From: an uncultured Prevotellaceae bacterium
GTDB taxonomy: Bacteria > Bacteroidota > Bacteroidia > Bacteroidales > Bacteroidaceae
Direction of reading: 5' to 3'
Length of the DNA stretch: 64,000 bases
NCBI GenBank assembly: GCA_900313615.1
Contig: OMRP01000016.1
Location: forward strand, 7,505 to 71,504
Shown: in pieces, positions 21,325-31,988 of the stretch
How the letters are laid out: every line of letters starts with the position of its first letter
How positions within the stretch are numbered: the stretch's first letter is position 1
The notes under the pieces: generated by a model
Told to the model about the DNA's origin: nothing
Seen by the model: the letters and a program-made list of their open reading frames with translations, nothing else
The model's database searches: none
Position numbers and translations under genes: made by a program

Positions 21325-22236
21325 ATGAAACCAACATTATTGCTGCTGGCGGCCGGCATGGGTAGCCGCTACGGAGGATTGAAACAACTCGACGGTCTGG
21401 GACCCAATGGCGAGACCATCATGGACTATTCCATCTATGATGCCATCAAGGCTGGGTTCGGAAAAATTGTGTTCGTCATCAGGAAAGACTTTGAACAGGA
21501 TTTCCGCGACAAAATACTCTCGAAATATGAGGGACACATACCCGCTGAGCTGTGCTTCCAAGGCCTCGACGCGCTGCCCGAGGGGTTCAGCGTGCCCGAG
21601 GGAAGGCAAAAACCATGGGGTACCAACCATGCGGTGATGATGGCGGCAAAGGCTATCAAAGAGCCGTTCTGTGTCATCAACTGCGACGACTTCTACAACC
21701 GCGACGCTTTCATGGTCATCGGCAAGTTCCTCAGCGAACTGCCCGAAGGCAGCAAAAATAAATATGCCATGGTGGGATTCCGTGTGGGCAACACGCTGTC
21801 GGAGAACGGCACCGTGGCTCGTGGCATCTGCTCGACCAACGACGAGGGCAACCTCACCACGGTGGTGGAACGTACCGAAATCATGAGGGTTGACGGGCCA
21901 GTGTGCTATAAAGATGAGCAAGGCCAATGGGTGGCTGTCGACGACAATACGCCTGTGTCGATGAACATGTGGGGCTTCACTCCCGACTATTTCGACCATT
22001 CCGATGCCTATTTCCGTGAGTTCCTCAGCGACCCGAAGAACATGGAGAACCTGAAGGCGGAATTCTTCATCCCACTCATGGTGAACAAACTCATCACCGA
22101 TGGCACATCGACGGTGAAAGTGCTCGACACCACATCGAAATGGTTCGGCGTGACCTACGCTGCCGACAGACAGGCTACCGTGGACCGCATACAGCAACTC
22201 ATCAACGAGGGTGTCTATCCGCAGAAACTGTTCTGA
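21325..22236 (+). CDS. Sugar-phosphate nucleotidyltransferase
   Basis: LAAGMGSRYGGLKQ, KPWGT, WFGVTY. Confidence 0.88.
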   Translation: MKPTLLLLAAGMGSRYGGLKQLDGLGPNGETIMDYSIYDAIKAGFGKIVFVIRKDFEQDFRDKILSKYEGHIPAELCFQGLDALPEGFSVPEGRQKPWGTNHAVMMAAKAIKEPFCVINCDDFYNRDAFMVIGKFLSELPEGSKNKYAMVGFRVGNTLSENGTVARGICSTNDEGNLTTVVERTEIMRVDGPVCYKDEQGQWVAVDDNTPVSMNMWGFTPDYFDHSDAYFREFLSDPKNMENLKAEFFIPLMVNKLITDGTSTVKVLDTTSKWFGVTYAADRQATVDRIQQLINEGVYPQKLF

Positions 22237-22239
22237 GAA

Positions 22240-23283
22240 ATGGAGCCTATCCATCTTGATTTACTCAACGAGCAAGATCTCGGAGCACTCTCGGAGATTG
22301 TCAACGAAGCGGGGAAAATTATCATCACCTGCCACAAGAGTCCCGATGGCGATGCCCTCGGGGCATCGTTGGCGTGCGCTGAATGGCTTAGGACAAAAGG
22401 CAAGGAGCCGCTCATCGTGGTGCCTGATATGTTTCCCGATTTCCTCAGGTGGTTGCCGGGCGTGGAGAAGATTCGCCGTTACGACAAGCATAAGGAGGAG
22501 TTGGACAAGGCCTTTGAGGAGGCCGACACCGTCTTCTGTCTCGATTTCAACGCCACCGAAAGGGTGGGACTGATGCAGAAGACGCTGGAGGAGTGCAAGG
22601 CGAAGAAGGTGCTCATCGACCATCACCTCGAACCGACGGTAGAGGCGGAAGTGAGTATCTCGCATCCCGAGATGTCGGCAACGTGCGAACTGCTCTTCCG
22701 CATCATCTGGCAGATGGGTGACTACGACGCCATGAGCAAGCATTGCGCTGTGGCTATCTACTGCGGAATGATGACCGACACAGGTGGCTTCACTTATAAC
22801 TCCACACGGAGCGAGATATTCTATATCATTGGGCAGCTGCTGGCAAAAGGTATCAACAAAGACAAGATATTCAGGAATGTGTACAATGTGTACAGTGACT
22901 GGTGTATCAGACTGAGGGGATATGTGATGTACCAGAAACTCAACGTGCTGCACGATGAACACGCCACCTATTTCGCCATCACCAAAGAAGACATGGCACG
23001 TTTCCATTTCAAGAAAGGTGATGCCGAGGGACTAGTGAACGAGCCGCTGCGCATCAAAGGCATAAGGTTGTCGATATCGCTGCGCGAAGACACCGAGACT
23101 CCTGGATTGGTGTGGGTGAGCATCAGGTCGGTAGACCACTACTATTGCGACGAACTGGCACGAACATTCTTCAACGGCGGTGGACATGCCAATGCTGCCG
23201 GTGGCAAACTCTTCGGAGGTGTTCAGGAGGCGGAACGTATCACCCGTGAGGCCATCAAAGCATTCGCAGAGAAATATAATTAA
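22240..23283 (+). CDS. DHH/DHHA1 phosphoesterase (NrnA-like)
   Basis: HKSPDGDA, IDHH, TDTG, GGGHANAAG. Confidence 0.9.
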   Translation: MEPIHLDLLNEQDLGALSEIVNEAGKIIITCHKSPDGDALGASLACAEWLRTKGKEPLIVVPDMFPDFLRWLPGVEKIRRYDKHKEELDKAFEEADTVFCLDFNATERVGLMQKTLEECKAKKVLIDHHLEPTVEAEVSISHPEMSATCELLFRIIWQMGDYDAMSKHCAVAIYCGMMTDTGGFTYNSTRSEIFYIIGQLLAKGINKDKIFRNVYNVYSDWCIRLRGYVMYQKLNVLHDEHATYFAITKEDMARFHFKKGDAEGLVNEPLRIKGIRLSISLREDTETPGLVWVSIRSVDHYYCDELARTFFNGGGHANAAGGKLFGGVQEAERITREAIKAFAEKYN

Positions 23284-23304
23284 GGAAAAAGTGAATAATC
23301 TATG

Positions 23305-23340
23305 GAGTGAAGGAGTGAAAGGAGTGAAGGAGTGAAGACA
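23305..23340 (+). repeat. GGAGTGAA-type short tandem repeat (related copy inverted at ~31853-31898)
   Basis: ggagtgaa units visible in intergenic DNA. Confidence 0.6.
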
Positions 23341-23486
23341 ATAGAAGTGAAGCGTGAAAAATCAGCGTCGGAGTAATGTCCACTTTAACTCCCACTTTAT
23401 CTTCCATGAGCGAAGCGAATTTACTTCCACTTTAACTCCCAATTAATAAACTCCCCCTTTAACTCCCTATTAATTAACAAAATACA

Positions 23487-24116
23487 ATGTCAAAAACGAA
23501 AATCATCATGTTGGCCCTCGGCGTCTGTTTCTTGTTGTCTGCTTGCAACAAGACGGAGACTTATGCTGAGTTGAAAGACAAGGAGCGGTCAGCCATCAAC
23601 CAATTCATCATCGACAAAGGTATCAAGGTCATCAGCGAGACCGATTTCAAGGCCAATGGCGAAGTGACCAATGTGGCAAACAACGAATTTGTTCTCTTTG
23701 GTTCGAATGGTGTGTATATGCAGATTGTCAGGAAGGGCTGTGGCGAGAAAATCAAGTCTGGTGAGTCGGTAAATGTCATCTGCCGATTCCTCGAACGAAA
23801 CGTCATGGCCGATACATTGCAACTGACGAACAACTCGTTATATTTCGCGTCGATGCCTGACGTGATGCAGGTGAGCAACACCTCCGGCACGTACTCGGCT
23901 TCTTTCGCCAAGGGAGCGATGTACAGCGTGTATGGACCCTCGGTACCCACTGGATGGCTGGTGCCGTTCCCGTATATCAACGTGGGACGTCCGGTGAACG
24001 AGAACGATGAGATAGCGAAGGTGAAACTCATCGTGCCGGCAGAGGCTGGACAGCAAAAGGCCTCGCAATATGTGTATCCGTGTTATTATGAAATTACTTT
24101 TGAAAGAGGAATATAA
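23487..24116 (+). CDS. DUF4827-like lipoprotein (FKBP-like fold)
   Basis: LSAC lipobox, ETYAE.K.KER..I, VPTGWLVP. Confidence 0.75.
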   Translation: MSKTKIIMLALGVCFLLSACNKTETYAELKDKERSAINQFIIDKGIKVISETDFKANGEVTNVANNEFVLFGSNGVYMQIVRKGCGEKIKSGESVNVICRFLERNVMADTLQLTNNSLYFASMPDVMQVSNTSGTYSASFAKGAMYSVYGPSVPTGWLVPFPYINVGRPVNENDEIAKVKLIVPAEAGQQKASQYVYPCYYEITFERGI

Positions 24117-24118
24117 CC

Positions 24119-25522
24119 ATGACACTTATCAAATCCATCTCCGGCATCCGGGGAACCATTGGCGGCAAAAAGGGCGACACGCTCAACCCGCTGGATATCG
24201 TGAAGTTTACTTCGGCCTATGCCACATTCATTCGTGAAAACGGTGGAACAGGACAACATGCTGAGTTCAATGACCACCGTCCCACCATCGTTGTGGGGCG
24301 CGACGCTCGTATCTCGGGTGTCATGGTCGACAGCGTGGTGTCGGGCGCACTCATGGGCATGGGCTATGATGTGGTGAACATCGGACTGGCATCGACGCCG
24401 ACCACTGAGATGGCGGTGAGGCTGCTGGGTGCCGATGGAGGCATCATCATCACGGCCAGCCATAACCCACGGCAATGGAACGCACTCAAACTGCTCAATG
24501 CCGAGGGCGAATTCCTGAATGCCAAGGAGGGCGCCAGGGTGCTCGCCATCGCAGAGGCTGAGGATTTTGAATATGCTGAACTGGAGCAGTTAGGCCATTA
24601 CATCAACTGCGACGAGGCCGACGACTGGCATGTCGACGAGGTGCTAGGACTTGACCTGGTGGATGTGGAGGCTGTCAAAAATGCTCATTTCAAGGTGTGC
24701 GTAGACACCATCAACAGCGTGGGTGGCATCATCCTGCCTAAACTGCTCGAACAGTTGGGCGTGGAGTACAAGGTGCTCAACGGTGAACCGAATGGTGACT
24801 TCGCCCACAACCCCGAACCGCTGGAAAAGAACCTTACGGGTATCATGGACGAGATGAAGAGTGGACAGTATGACCTGGGTATCGTTGTCGATCCCGATGT
24901 CGACCGTTTGGCGTTCATCTGCGAAAATGGAAAAATGTTTGGCGAGGAATATACACTGGTGTCGGTAGCCGATTATGTGCTGAGCCACACGCCGGGCAAT
25001 ACGGTGTCGAACCTGTCGTCGACGCGTGCACTGCGTGATGTCACTGAACGTCATGGTGGCACCTACGCGGCGGCTGCCGTGGGTGAGGTGAATGTCACTA
25101 CCAAGATGAAAGAGGTGGGTGCGGTCATCGGCGGCGAAGGCAACGGTGGTGTCATCTATCCCGAATGTCATTACGGACGTGACGCATTGGTGGGCATAGC
25201 GCTCTTCCTCACAGCCATGGCGAAGAGAGGTGGCAAGGTGAGTGAGTTCAGGGCCACATTGCCTGACTATTTCATCGCGAAGAACCGCATTGACCTGACG
25301 CCGGAAACGGATGTCGACGCCCTGTTGGTCAAGGTGAAGGAAATGTATAAGGACGAACGGGTGAACGATATCGACGGTGTGAAGATTGACTTCGCTGACC
25401 GCTGGGTCCATCTGCGCAAGTCGAACACCGAGCCGATTATCCGCATCTATAGCGAGGCTCCCACCATGGCTGAGGCTGATGAGCTGGGACAGAAAATCAT
25501 GCAGGTAATCGCCGAGATGTAA
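24119..25522 (+). CDS. glmM: Phosphoglucosamine mutase
   Basis: SGIRG, TASHNP, DPDVDR, RKSNTEP. Confidence 0.88.
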   Translation: MTLIKSISGIRGTIGGKKGDTLNPLDIVKFTSAYATFIRENGGTGQHAEFNDHRPTIVVGRDARISGVMVDSVVSGALMGMGYDVVNIGLASTPTTEMAVRLLGADGGIIITASHNPRQWNALKLLNAEGEFLNAKEGARVLAIAEAEDFEYAELEQLGHYINCDEADDWHVDEVLGLDLVDVEAVKNAHFKVCVDTINSVGGIILPKLLEQLGVEYKVLNGEPNGDFAHNPEPLEKNLTGIMDEMKSGQYDLGIVVDPDVDRLAFICENGKMFGEEYTLVSVADYVLSHTPGNTVSNLSSTRALRDVTERHGGTYAAAAVGEVNVTTKMKEVGAVIGGEGNGGVIYPECHYGRDALVGIALFLTAMAKRGGKVSEFRATLPDYFIAKNRIDLTPETDVDALLVKVKEMYKDERVNDIDGVKIDFADRWVHLRKSNTEPIIRIYSEAPTMAEADELGQKIMQVIAEM

Positions 25523-25623
25523 CAACGAATCCCGCGAAAAGCATACTGATACCCACATTCCGAGGAGTGTGGGTATTTTTCATGGACTCTCCCTTCCTTT
25601 GGGAGGGTTGGGGTGGGTTAACC

Positions 25624-25659
25624 AAAAAATCGGGATGTGCTCAATCAGCACATCCCGAT
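25624..25659. terminator. Intrinsic terminator hairpin for rng (between convergent glmM and rng)
   Basis: aatcgggatgtgct-caatc-agcacatcccgatt. Confidence 0.75.
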
Positions 25660-25663
25660 TAAT

Positions 25664-27238
25664 TCATTTCGTTTCTATCTCCTCTTTCATATCAATAAAC
25701 TGCTTTTTCGCATCGTAAAATTCGTACTGCAAGAAAGCCATCTTCTGTGAGGGGATGATATGCACGCCCAAACCGTATTTGAACTGCCAACGCCGCTTCA
25801 GCGACATGATGCCCTTGTTGATATAGGCAGCCACATAAGGATGCACATGCAAGTAGAAACTCTTGACGCCAATCTTGTTGACCAGGTGATCAATCTTACT
25901 CTCCAATTGGTCGGTGAACAATATGCTCGACCGGATAGTTCCTTTACCGAAACAGGTGGGACAAGTCTCTTCTACCATCACGTCCATGGCAGGACGCACG
26001 CGCTGGCGCGTAATCTGCATCAATCCGAATTTGCTCAGTGGCAAGATGTTGTGACGGGCACGGTCTTTCTGCATGTTCTTGCACATACGCTCGTACAACA
26101 TCTGTCGGTCCTCGGCCAGGTTCATGTCAATGAAGTCGATGACGATAATGCCACCCATGTCGCGAAGTCGCAACTGACGGGCTATCTCGTCGGCGGCACC
26201 CAGGTTCACCTGTAGCGCATTGGCCTCCTGACCATTCTCCGAGCGTGTGCGGTTGCCACTGTTCACGTCGACGACGTGCAAGGCTTCGGTATGCTCGATG
26301 ATGAGGTAGGCTCCATGCTTGTAGTTCACCGTCTTGCCGAAACTCGACTTCAACTGTTTTGTGACGTTGTAATTGTCGAAGATGGGCACGTTACCTGTGT
26401 AGCGCTTCACGATGTTTGCCTTGTCGGGCGCTATCAGCGTCACATAGTGCTTCACCTCCTGGCACACGTCATCGTCGTTGATGAAGATGTTCTCGTATGA
26501 GGGATTGAACAGGTCGCGCAGCATGGCTACGGCACGGCCCGTCTCCTCGAACACCAACTGAGGACGGGTCTGCGTCTTCTGAACTTTCGTGATGGCTTCC
26601 TCCCATCGCTTCAACAGCACTTTCAATTCGCTGTCGAGCTCGGCCACACGCTTGCCCTCGGCAACGGTGCGCACAATCACACCGAAGTTCTTCGGACGGA
26701 TGCTCTGGATCAATTGCTTCAGGCGAGCACGCTCCTCGCCGCTCTTGATCTTCGAAGATACGGAAACTTTATCATAGAACGGCATGAGCACCAGGTAACG
26801 CCCTGCAAAACTCAGCTCGCCCGTAAGTCGCGGACCCTTCGTTGAGATGGGTTCCTTCACAATCTGAACCAACACTTCCTGGCCTACTGTCAGCGTAGTG
26901 GCTATGCTGCCGTCTTTCTTCAGATCGGGCAGGTGGCTCGCTTTAGAGATGGGATAAAGTTTCTTCCTGTCGCTCTGTACTTGTTTCAGGTACTTTGCGT
27001 AAGAGTCAAATTGGTTTCCTAAGTCAAGATAATGGAGAAAAGCGTCGCGCTCAAAGCCCACATCCACAAAACAGGCGTTCAAACCGGGCATCAGTTTTCG
27101 GACCTTCGCAATGTAGATGTTGCCGACAGAGAAGGAAGCCGAACGTGTCTCGTTCTGATACTCTACCAGATTCTTGTCTTCCAGCAGGGCAATCGATATT
27201 TCTTTCGGCTTGACATCAATTACTACTTCGCTGGTCAT
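25664..27238 (-). CDS. rng: Ribonuclease E/G family
   Basis: S1 domain, DVNSG, IARQLRLRDMGGIIVIDFIDM. Confidence 0.92.
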   Translation of the reverse strand: MTSEVVIDVKPKEISIALLEDKNLVEYQNETRSASFSVGNIYIAKVRKLMPGLNACFVDVGFERDAFLHYLDLGNQFDSYAKYLKQVQSDRKKLYPISKASHLPDLKKDGSIATTLTVGQEVLVQIVKEPISTKGPRLTGELSFAGRYLVLMPFYDKVSVSSKIKSGEERARLKQLIQSIRPKNFGVIVRTVAEGKRVAELDSELKVLLKRWEEAITKVQKTQTRPQLVFEETGRAVAMLRDLFNPSYENIFINDDDVCQEVKHYVTLIAPDKANIVKRYTGNVPIFDNYNVTKQLKSSFGKTVNYKHGAYLIIEHTEALHVVDVNSGNRTRSENGQEANALQVNLGAADEIARQLRLRDMGGIIVIDFIDMNLAEDRQMLYERMCKNMQKDRARHNILPLSKFGLMQITRQRVRPAMDVMVEETCPTCFGKGTIRSSILFTDQLESKIDHLVNKIGVKSFYLHVHPYVAAYINKGIMSLKRRWQFKYGLGVHIIPSQKMAFLQYEFYDAKKQFIDMKEEIETK

Positions 27239-27337
27239 TGCTCCATAATACTTAGTGTTCCAAAAAAATTGGCATGTCGGACAATTCCACGCTAGGGAGA
27301 GGTCGGACATGCCGTGGCCGGACAGGCTGGCAAGACT

Positions 27338-27427
27338 TTACTTGCTCTTATGCCTGTTCTTTCTCAGTCTCTTCTTTCTTTTGTGAGTAGCCATCTTGTG
27401 GCCCTTCTTCTTCTTTCCGTTTGGCAT
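27338..27427 (-). CDS. Small basic ribosomal protein bS22-like (AURKAIP1/COX24 domain), 29 aa, absent from the ORF track
   Basis: Translates to MPNGKKKKGHKMATHKRKKRLRKNRHKSK. Confidence 0.85.
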   Translation of the reverse strand: MPNGKKKKGHKMATHKRKKRLRKNRHKSK

Positions 27428-27479
27428 AATGATTGAATTGAATGTTTATTTTGATGTTTTTCGATTCAATAAGGTCGGA

Positions 27480-27779
27480 TTAATCCTCGTCGGTCACTTC
27501 TTCGCCTTTCATCTGGGCAACGAAGCTCTTGGCGGGCTTGAAGCTGGGGAAATCGTGGGCGGGGATGACGATGGTAGTGTTCTTGGAGATGTTACGGGCG
27601 GTCTTCTCTGCACGGTGCTTCACGATGAAACTACCGAAACCACGAAGATACACGTTTTCCTTCTGCTCGAGAAGGCTCTGTTTGATCACTTCCATGAAAG
27701 CCTCAACGGTCATGGACACATCTTTCTTGGCAACCCCTGTTTCCGTTGCAATCTTATTGATAATTTCTGCCTTAGTCAT
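27480..27779 (-). CDS. hup: HU/IHF family DNA-binding protein
   Basis: MTKAEII, LRGFGSF, ARNISK, PSFKPAK. Confidence 0.92.
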   Translation of the reverse strand: MTKAEIINKIATETGVAKKDVSMTVEAFMEVIKQSLLEQKENVYLRGFGSFIVKHRAEKTARNISKNTTIVIPAHDFPSFKPAKSFVAQMKGEEVTDED

Positions 27780-27995
27780 TGGATAATAATATATTACGAT
27801 TAAACTTTTTGTTGATTAAACTCATTTTGGGTTGCAAAGATAATGCTTTTTCATGGGATACCGAAATCTTTTTTGTTTTTTTTGCTAAAACATATGGAAA
27901 ATAAAAAAATCCGCGCCAAGTAACTATGCTTGGCGCGGAGATGATGGGTTATTTACGAAGGTGTTAACCCTTCATGTTTCGGTATCCGGCCCTGA

Positions 27996-28403
27996 TTAGT
28001 ATTCCATTACAGTCTCGAGTTCCTTGGCCTGGTCGATCATCTTTTGCACTTCCTTCACGCTGGGAACGCGGTTGCAGAGATTCTTCTGGGCGTTCACTTC
28101 CTCGAGTTTCGGCTGCAGGTTCTCAGCCACGCGATGACGGAACTCCTTCACGGTGTCGACGCCAGCGGCTTCAAGTAATTCGGAGAACTGCGGTCCTACG
28201 CCGTCGATGCGCATCAGGTCGCAATGGTTGGTCCAGGTGAGGATGAGCTTGGGTGAGATGCCCGTCTCCTCTGCCAAAGCCTTGCGGCCGGCGGGCTTGG
28301 CGCATTTTTCCAACAACTTGGCGTCGGTGTCGATGCCGGCGGCCAACAACTTCTCGGCGTAAACGGGGCCGATACCTTCAATGTCGATAATCTTGTAAAT
28401 CAT
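27996..28403 (-). CDS. DUF4332 domain protein
   Basis: IEGIGPVYAEKL, DLMRIDGVGPQFSELLEAAGVDTV. Confidence 0.88.
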   Translation of the reverse strand: MIYKIIDIEGIGPVYAEKLLAAGIDTDAKLLEKCAKPAGRKALAEETGISPKLILTWTNHCDLMRIDGVGPQFSELLEAAGVDTVKEFRHRVAENLQPKLEEVNAQKNLCNRVPSVKEVQKMIDQAKELETVMEY

Positions 28404-28647
28404 GGCAAGTATTATTTAAAAATTAAAAAATTAAAGTATTAGACTTCTTGCTAATTGTCCCTCTTTTCTGCAAATTTACGCATTTCATTACAAAAAAAGT
28501 TATGAATCAGTCTTTTTATAATAAATTTTAACGTATGCGAGATTTTCAAACTCTTTGATAGCTGAATTCTCAAAAAATATCACTAATTTCGTGCCCGAAA
28601 ACTCATAAATTCACAAACTCATCAACTTATAAACTCACAAACTCACT

Positions 28648-29466
28648 ATGGGTATCGTCATTGGCATCGACGTGGGCATCAGCACCACAAAAATTGTTGG
28701 ATTCAACAAAGGCAAGATTATTTCTCCGCTTCGTATCACGGCGGCCGACCCCGTGACATCACTTTATGGGGCGTTTGGTAAATATCTCTATGACAATAAG
28801 GTGGATCTCGCCGACGTGAAGAAGGTGATGCTCACGGGTGTGGGCAGTGCTTATATCGACAAGCCTATCTACGACTTGTCCACGGAGAAGGTGGATGAGT
28901 TCCGCTGCGATGGTCTGGGTGCCCGCTTCGAGTCGGGCCTCGACAAGTTCATTGCAGTGAGCATGGGCACGGGCACCTCGTTGGTGCGCTGCGACGGCGA
29001 CGACATACGTCATATCGGTGGCATCGGCATCGGCGGCGGCACGCTCTCGGGACTCTCGCGCATCTTCTTGCAGACGAGCGACATCCGTCAGGTGCAGGCC
29101 TTGGCCATGCAGGGCAACCTGTCGAAAATCAATCTTCAGATAGGTGACATCAGCGCCCATCCCTTACCGGGACTGCCCATGGACGCCACGGCTTCGCTCT
29201 TCGCCAATGCGCAGGCCGACGCAGCGAAGGAGGATGTGGCCCTCGGACTGATACACATGGTGTTGGAGTCGGTGGGCAGCGCGGCGGTGCTCTCGGCGTT
29301 GAACAGTGGCATCCGCGACTTTGTGATGATAGGACAGCTCACCCTGTTGCCCCAGTGCCGCGAGGTGTTCCCACATCTCGAACGTCTCTACGGCGTGCAT
29401 TTCCGCATACCCAAATATTCGGAATTCTGCACTGCCATCGGCGCGGCACTCTGTTATAAACCATAA
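28648..29466 (+). CDS. coaW: Type II pantothenate kinase
   Basis: GIDVGISTTK, SMGTGTS, GIGGGT, AIGAA. Confidence 0.8.
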   Translation: MGIVIGIDVGISTTKIVGFNKGKIISPLRITAADPVTSLYGAFGKYLYDNKVDLADVKKVMLTGVGSAYIDKPIYDLSTEKVDEFRCDGLGARFESGLDKFIAVSMGTGTSLVRCDGDDIRHIGGIGIGGGTLSGLSRIFLQTSDIRQVQALAMQGNLSKINLQIGDISAHPLPGLPMDATASLFANAQADAAKEDVALGLIHMVLESVGSAAVLSALNSGIRDFVMIGQLTLLPQCREVFPHLERLYGVHFRIPKYSEFCTAIGAALCYKP

Positions 29467-29634
29467 TGTTTTTTGGACGCTAAGGGGGCATCATTCGTTC
29501 TGTTCGATGGAATGTAGTGAGTGATGAGTGATGAGTGACGAGTGCCAAGTGCCGAGTACCGAGTGAAGAATGGTAACCTCTTGCTCCTTGCTTCGCCCCT
29601 TACTCCTTACCTCTTACCACAAATGATAGAAACA

Positions 29635-30912
29635 ATGAAAGAAACACCCGTATTGCTGCTCACGGGTTATCTGGGCAGCGGAAAGACAACATTGCTCAAC
29701 CGTATCCTCGCTAACCAGAAGGGGATACGTTTCGCCGTTATCGTGAACGATATTGGCGAGGTAAATATCGATGCCGACCTCATCCAGAAAGGTGGTATCG
29801 TCAACCAGAAAGACGACAGCTTGGTGGCCCTTCAGAACGGCTGCATCTGCTGCACACTGAAGATGGACCTGGTGCAACAGTTGATAGACATCGAACGCAT
29901 GGACCGCTTCGACTATATCGTCATCGAGGCCAGTGGCATCTGTGAACCCATGCCCATCGCGCAGACCATCTGCTCGATGCCGATGATGGCTCCCGAGGTG
30001 ACCAAGGATGGTGTGCCGCGGCTGAACTGCATCGCCACAGTGGTCGACGCACTGCGTATGCGCGATGAGTTTGGCAACGGTGCCGACTTGCTTCGTCAGA
30101 ACATCGACGAGGAGGATATTGAAAACTTGGTTATCCAACAGATAGAGTTCTGCAACGTCATCCTGCTCAACAAGGCGGCAGAGGTGCTGCCCTCGGAACT
30201 GGAGCGCATACGTCAGATTGTCAAGGCCATTCAGCCAAAGGCAGAGATATTGGAGTGCAACTATGGCGATGTGGATCTCGACAAACTGATAGCTCCGCGT
30301 TATTTCGACTTCAATGCTGTGGCAGGTTCGGCCACTTGGGTGCAGGAAGTGGAGAAACACCATGAAGAGGACGAGGATGAAGATGATGATGACCATGACG
30401 AACATGAACATGACCATCATCACCACCATGAACATGAAGAAGGCCATCATCACCATGAGCATCACCATGAGCATGATGACCACGAGGAACATGGTCACCA
30501 CCATCACCACCACCATCATGACCATGAAGGGGGTGAGGTGGAGGAATATGGCATCGGCACTTACGTCTATTACCGCCGTGCGGCATTCAACCTAGGACTG
30601 TTTGATGAGTTTGTGGCTCGCAAATGGCCGAAGGGCATCATCCGCGCCAAGGGTATATGCTGGTTCCGCGATGAGCCGCAGACCTGTTATGTGTTCGAGC
30701 AGGCGGGGCGACAGGTTTCTATCCGCAATGCTGGACAGTGGTATGCCACGATGCCGAAAGACGAACTGATGCAACTCTTCGAGCGTGAGCCTGGGGTGGT
30801 GCAGGACTGGGATGAACGCTATGGCGATCGCATGCAGAAACTGGTGTTCATCGGTCAGCATCTGGACAAAGACTTCATCAAGCGCGAACTGGACAAGTGC
30901 ATTGACGAATGA
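29635..30912 (+). CDS. COG0523/CobW-family metallochaperone GTPase with long His/Glu tract
   Basis: GYLGSGKTT, GCICC, IEASG, His-rich linker, CobW_C domain. Confidence 0.9.
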   Translation: MKETPVLLLTGYLGSGKTTLLNRILANQKGIRFAVIVNDIGEVNIDADLIQKGGIVNQKDDSLVALQNGCICCTLKMDLVQQLIDIERMDRFDYIVIEASGICEPMPIAQTICSMPMMAPEVTKDGVPRLNCIATVVDALRMRDEFGNGADLLRQNIDEEDIENLVIQQIEFCNVILLNKAAEVLPSELERIRQIVKAIQPKAEILECNYGDVDLDKLIAPRYFDFNAVAGSATWVQEVEKHHEEDEDEDDDDHDEHEHDHHHHHEHEEGHHHHEHHHEHDDHEEHGHHHHHHHHDHEGGEVEEYGIGTYVYYRRAAFNLGLFDEFVARKWPKGIIRAKGICWFRDEPQTCYVFEQAGRQVSIRNAGQWYATMPKDELMQLFEREPGVVQDWDERYGDRMQKLVFIGQHLDKDFIKRELDKCIDE

Positions 30913-31229
30913 GTTGGACGGAACCGAAATTCATTATCACCTTGAAAGGGGATTTTCGCATGGGGATGGTCAGGCTGCACCGTGACCTACTCAAGCCGGG
31001 TGACGTGTGTCTGGGCGGCGGATTCTATGAATTCGACCGCTTAGCCAACCGTCTGCTGCTCGACGAAGAGTCGACGGACTTCGGCGAGCCGCGATGGAAT
31101 ATCCTTGAGGGGAATGGCACGCCATTGCGCCTTCCCGAGGCATTGCGCGGTCTGACCATCGTCTATCAATACGATGACTATTCCCAGGATTACGTCGTCA
31201 CTGACCGCTTGACGGTGGAATATGTGTGA
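30909..31229 (+). CDS. Hypothetical protein
   Basis: Overlaps the upstream stop; codon style like the core genes. Confidence 0.65.
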   Translation: MSWTEPKFIITLKGDFRMGMVRLHRDLLKPGDVCLGGGFYEFDRLANRLLLDEESTDFGEPRWNILEGNGTPLRLPEALRGLTIVYQYDDYSQDYVVTDRLTVEYV

Positions 31230-31251
31230 GTGACTCCGTTTGAATGATGGG

Positions 31252-31680
31252 TCAGGAAGTGCTTGGTGTCGTGCGGATCGTGCGGAAAATGATGGGTATG
31301 TTATATTTCATCCTGCAGCATTCCCCTTTGCGCCTTCCTGGACTCCACTTCGGCATGGCTTTCACTACTCGGAGGGCCTCTTTGTCGAACGAGGGGTGCA
31401 GACTCTTCACCACCTTGATGTCGAAAAGGCTGCCGTCCTTTTCCACAATAAAACCGATGATGACACGTCCCTGAATGCATGACTCCTCTTCCCCTTCCGG
31501 CCAGCGCAGGTTTTCCGCTATGAAGTTATATAGTCCTCTCGTCCCTCCACGGAAAGAAGGCATATATTCGGCATCATCAATGAAGATAAGTACGCTATCC
31601 TTGCGTTCACCCGTTTCCTGTGCCAACGCTGGCAGCATGCTCCATACCGACAGTATGGTAAATAATACGATTCTTTTCAT
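31252..31680 (-). CDS. TonB C-terminal domain protein
   Basis: MPSFRGG, IQGRVIIGFIVEKDG, ALRVVKAMPKWSPG. Confidence 0.85.
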   Translation of the reverse strand: MKRIVLFTILSVWSMLPALAQETGERKDSVLIFIDDAEYMPSFRGGTRGLYNFIAENLRWPEGEEESCIQGRVIIGFIVEKDGSLFDIKVVKSLHPSFDKEALRVVKAMPKWSPGRRKGECCRMKYNIPIIFRTIRTTPSTS

Positions 31681-31988
31681 TTCTTTTTTTGCAAAGATAA
31701 TCATAAAACTCTCTTTTTACAAGACCTCCATGTGTTTTGACACAGTCGAGAATAGTAACTGTTTGAAAAACAACTAATTGAATATTTTATCTTGAGATGT
31801 TTGACACAACACTTCAATCTATTTCCGATGCATTATAATTACCAGGTATTGTCTTCACTCCTTTCACTCCTTTCACTCCTCCCACTCCTCCCACTCCTTA
31901 AAACATCTTCATCTTCTTCGCAAATTATTTGCAGAGATGTGAAGAATGTTGTATTTTTGCAATACGTAAAGACCAAAACAATCGAGTT

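Noticed and set aside
30355-30527. CAT/GAN-rich repetitive tract
   Set aside because: Encodes the ordinary His/Glu-rich metal-binding linker of a COG0523 protein.
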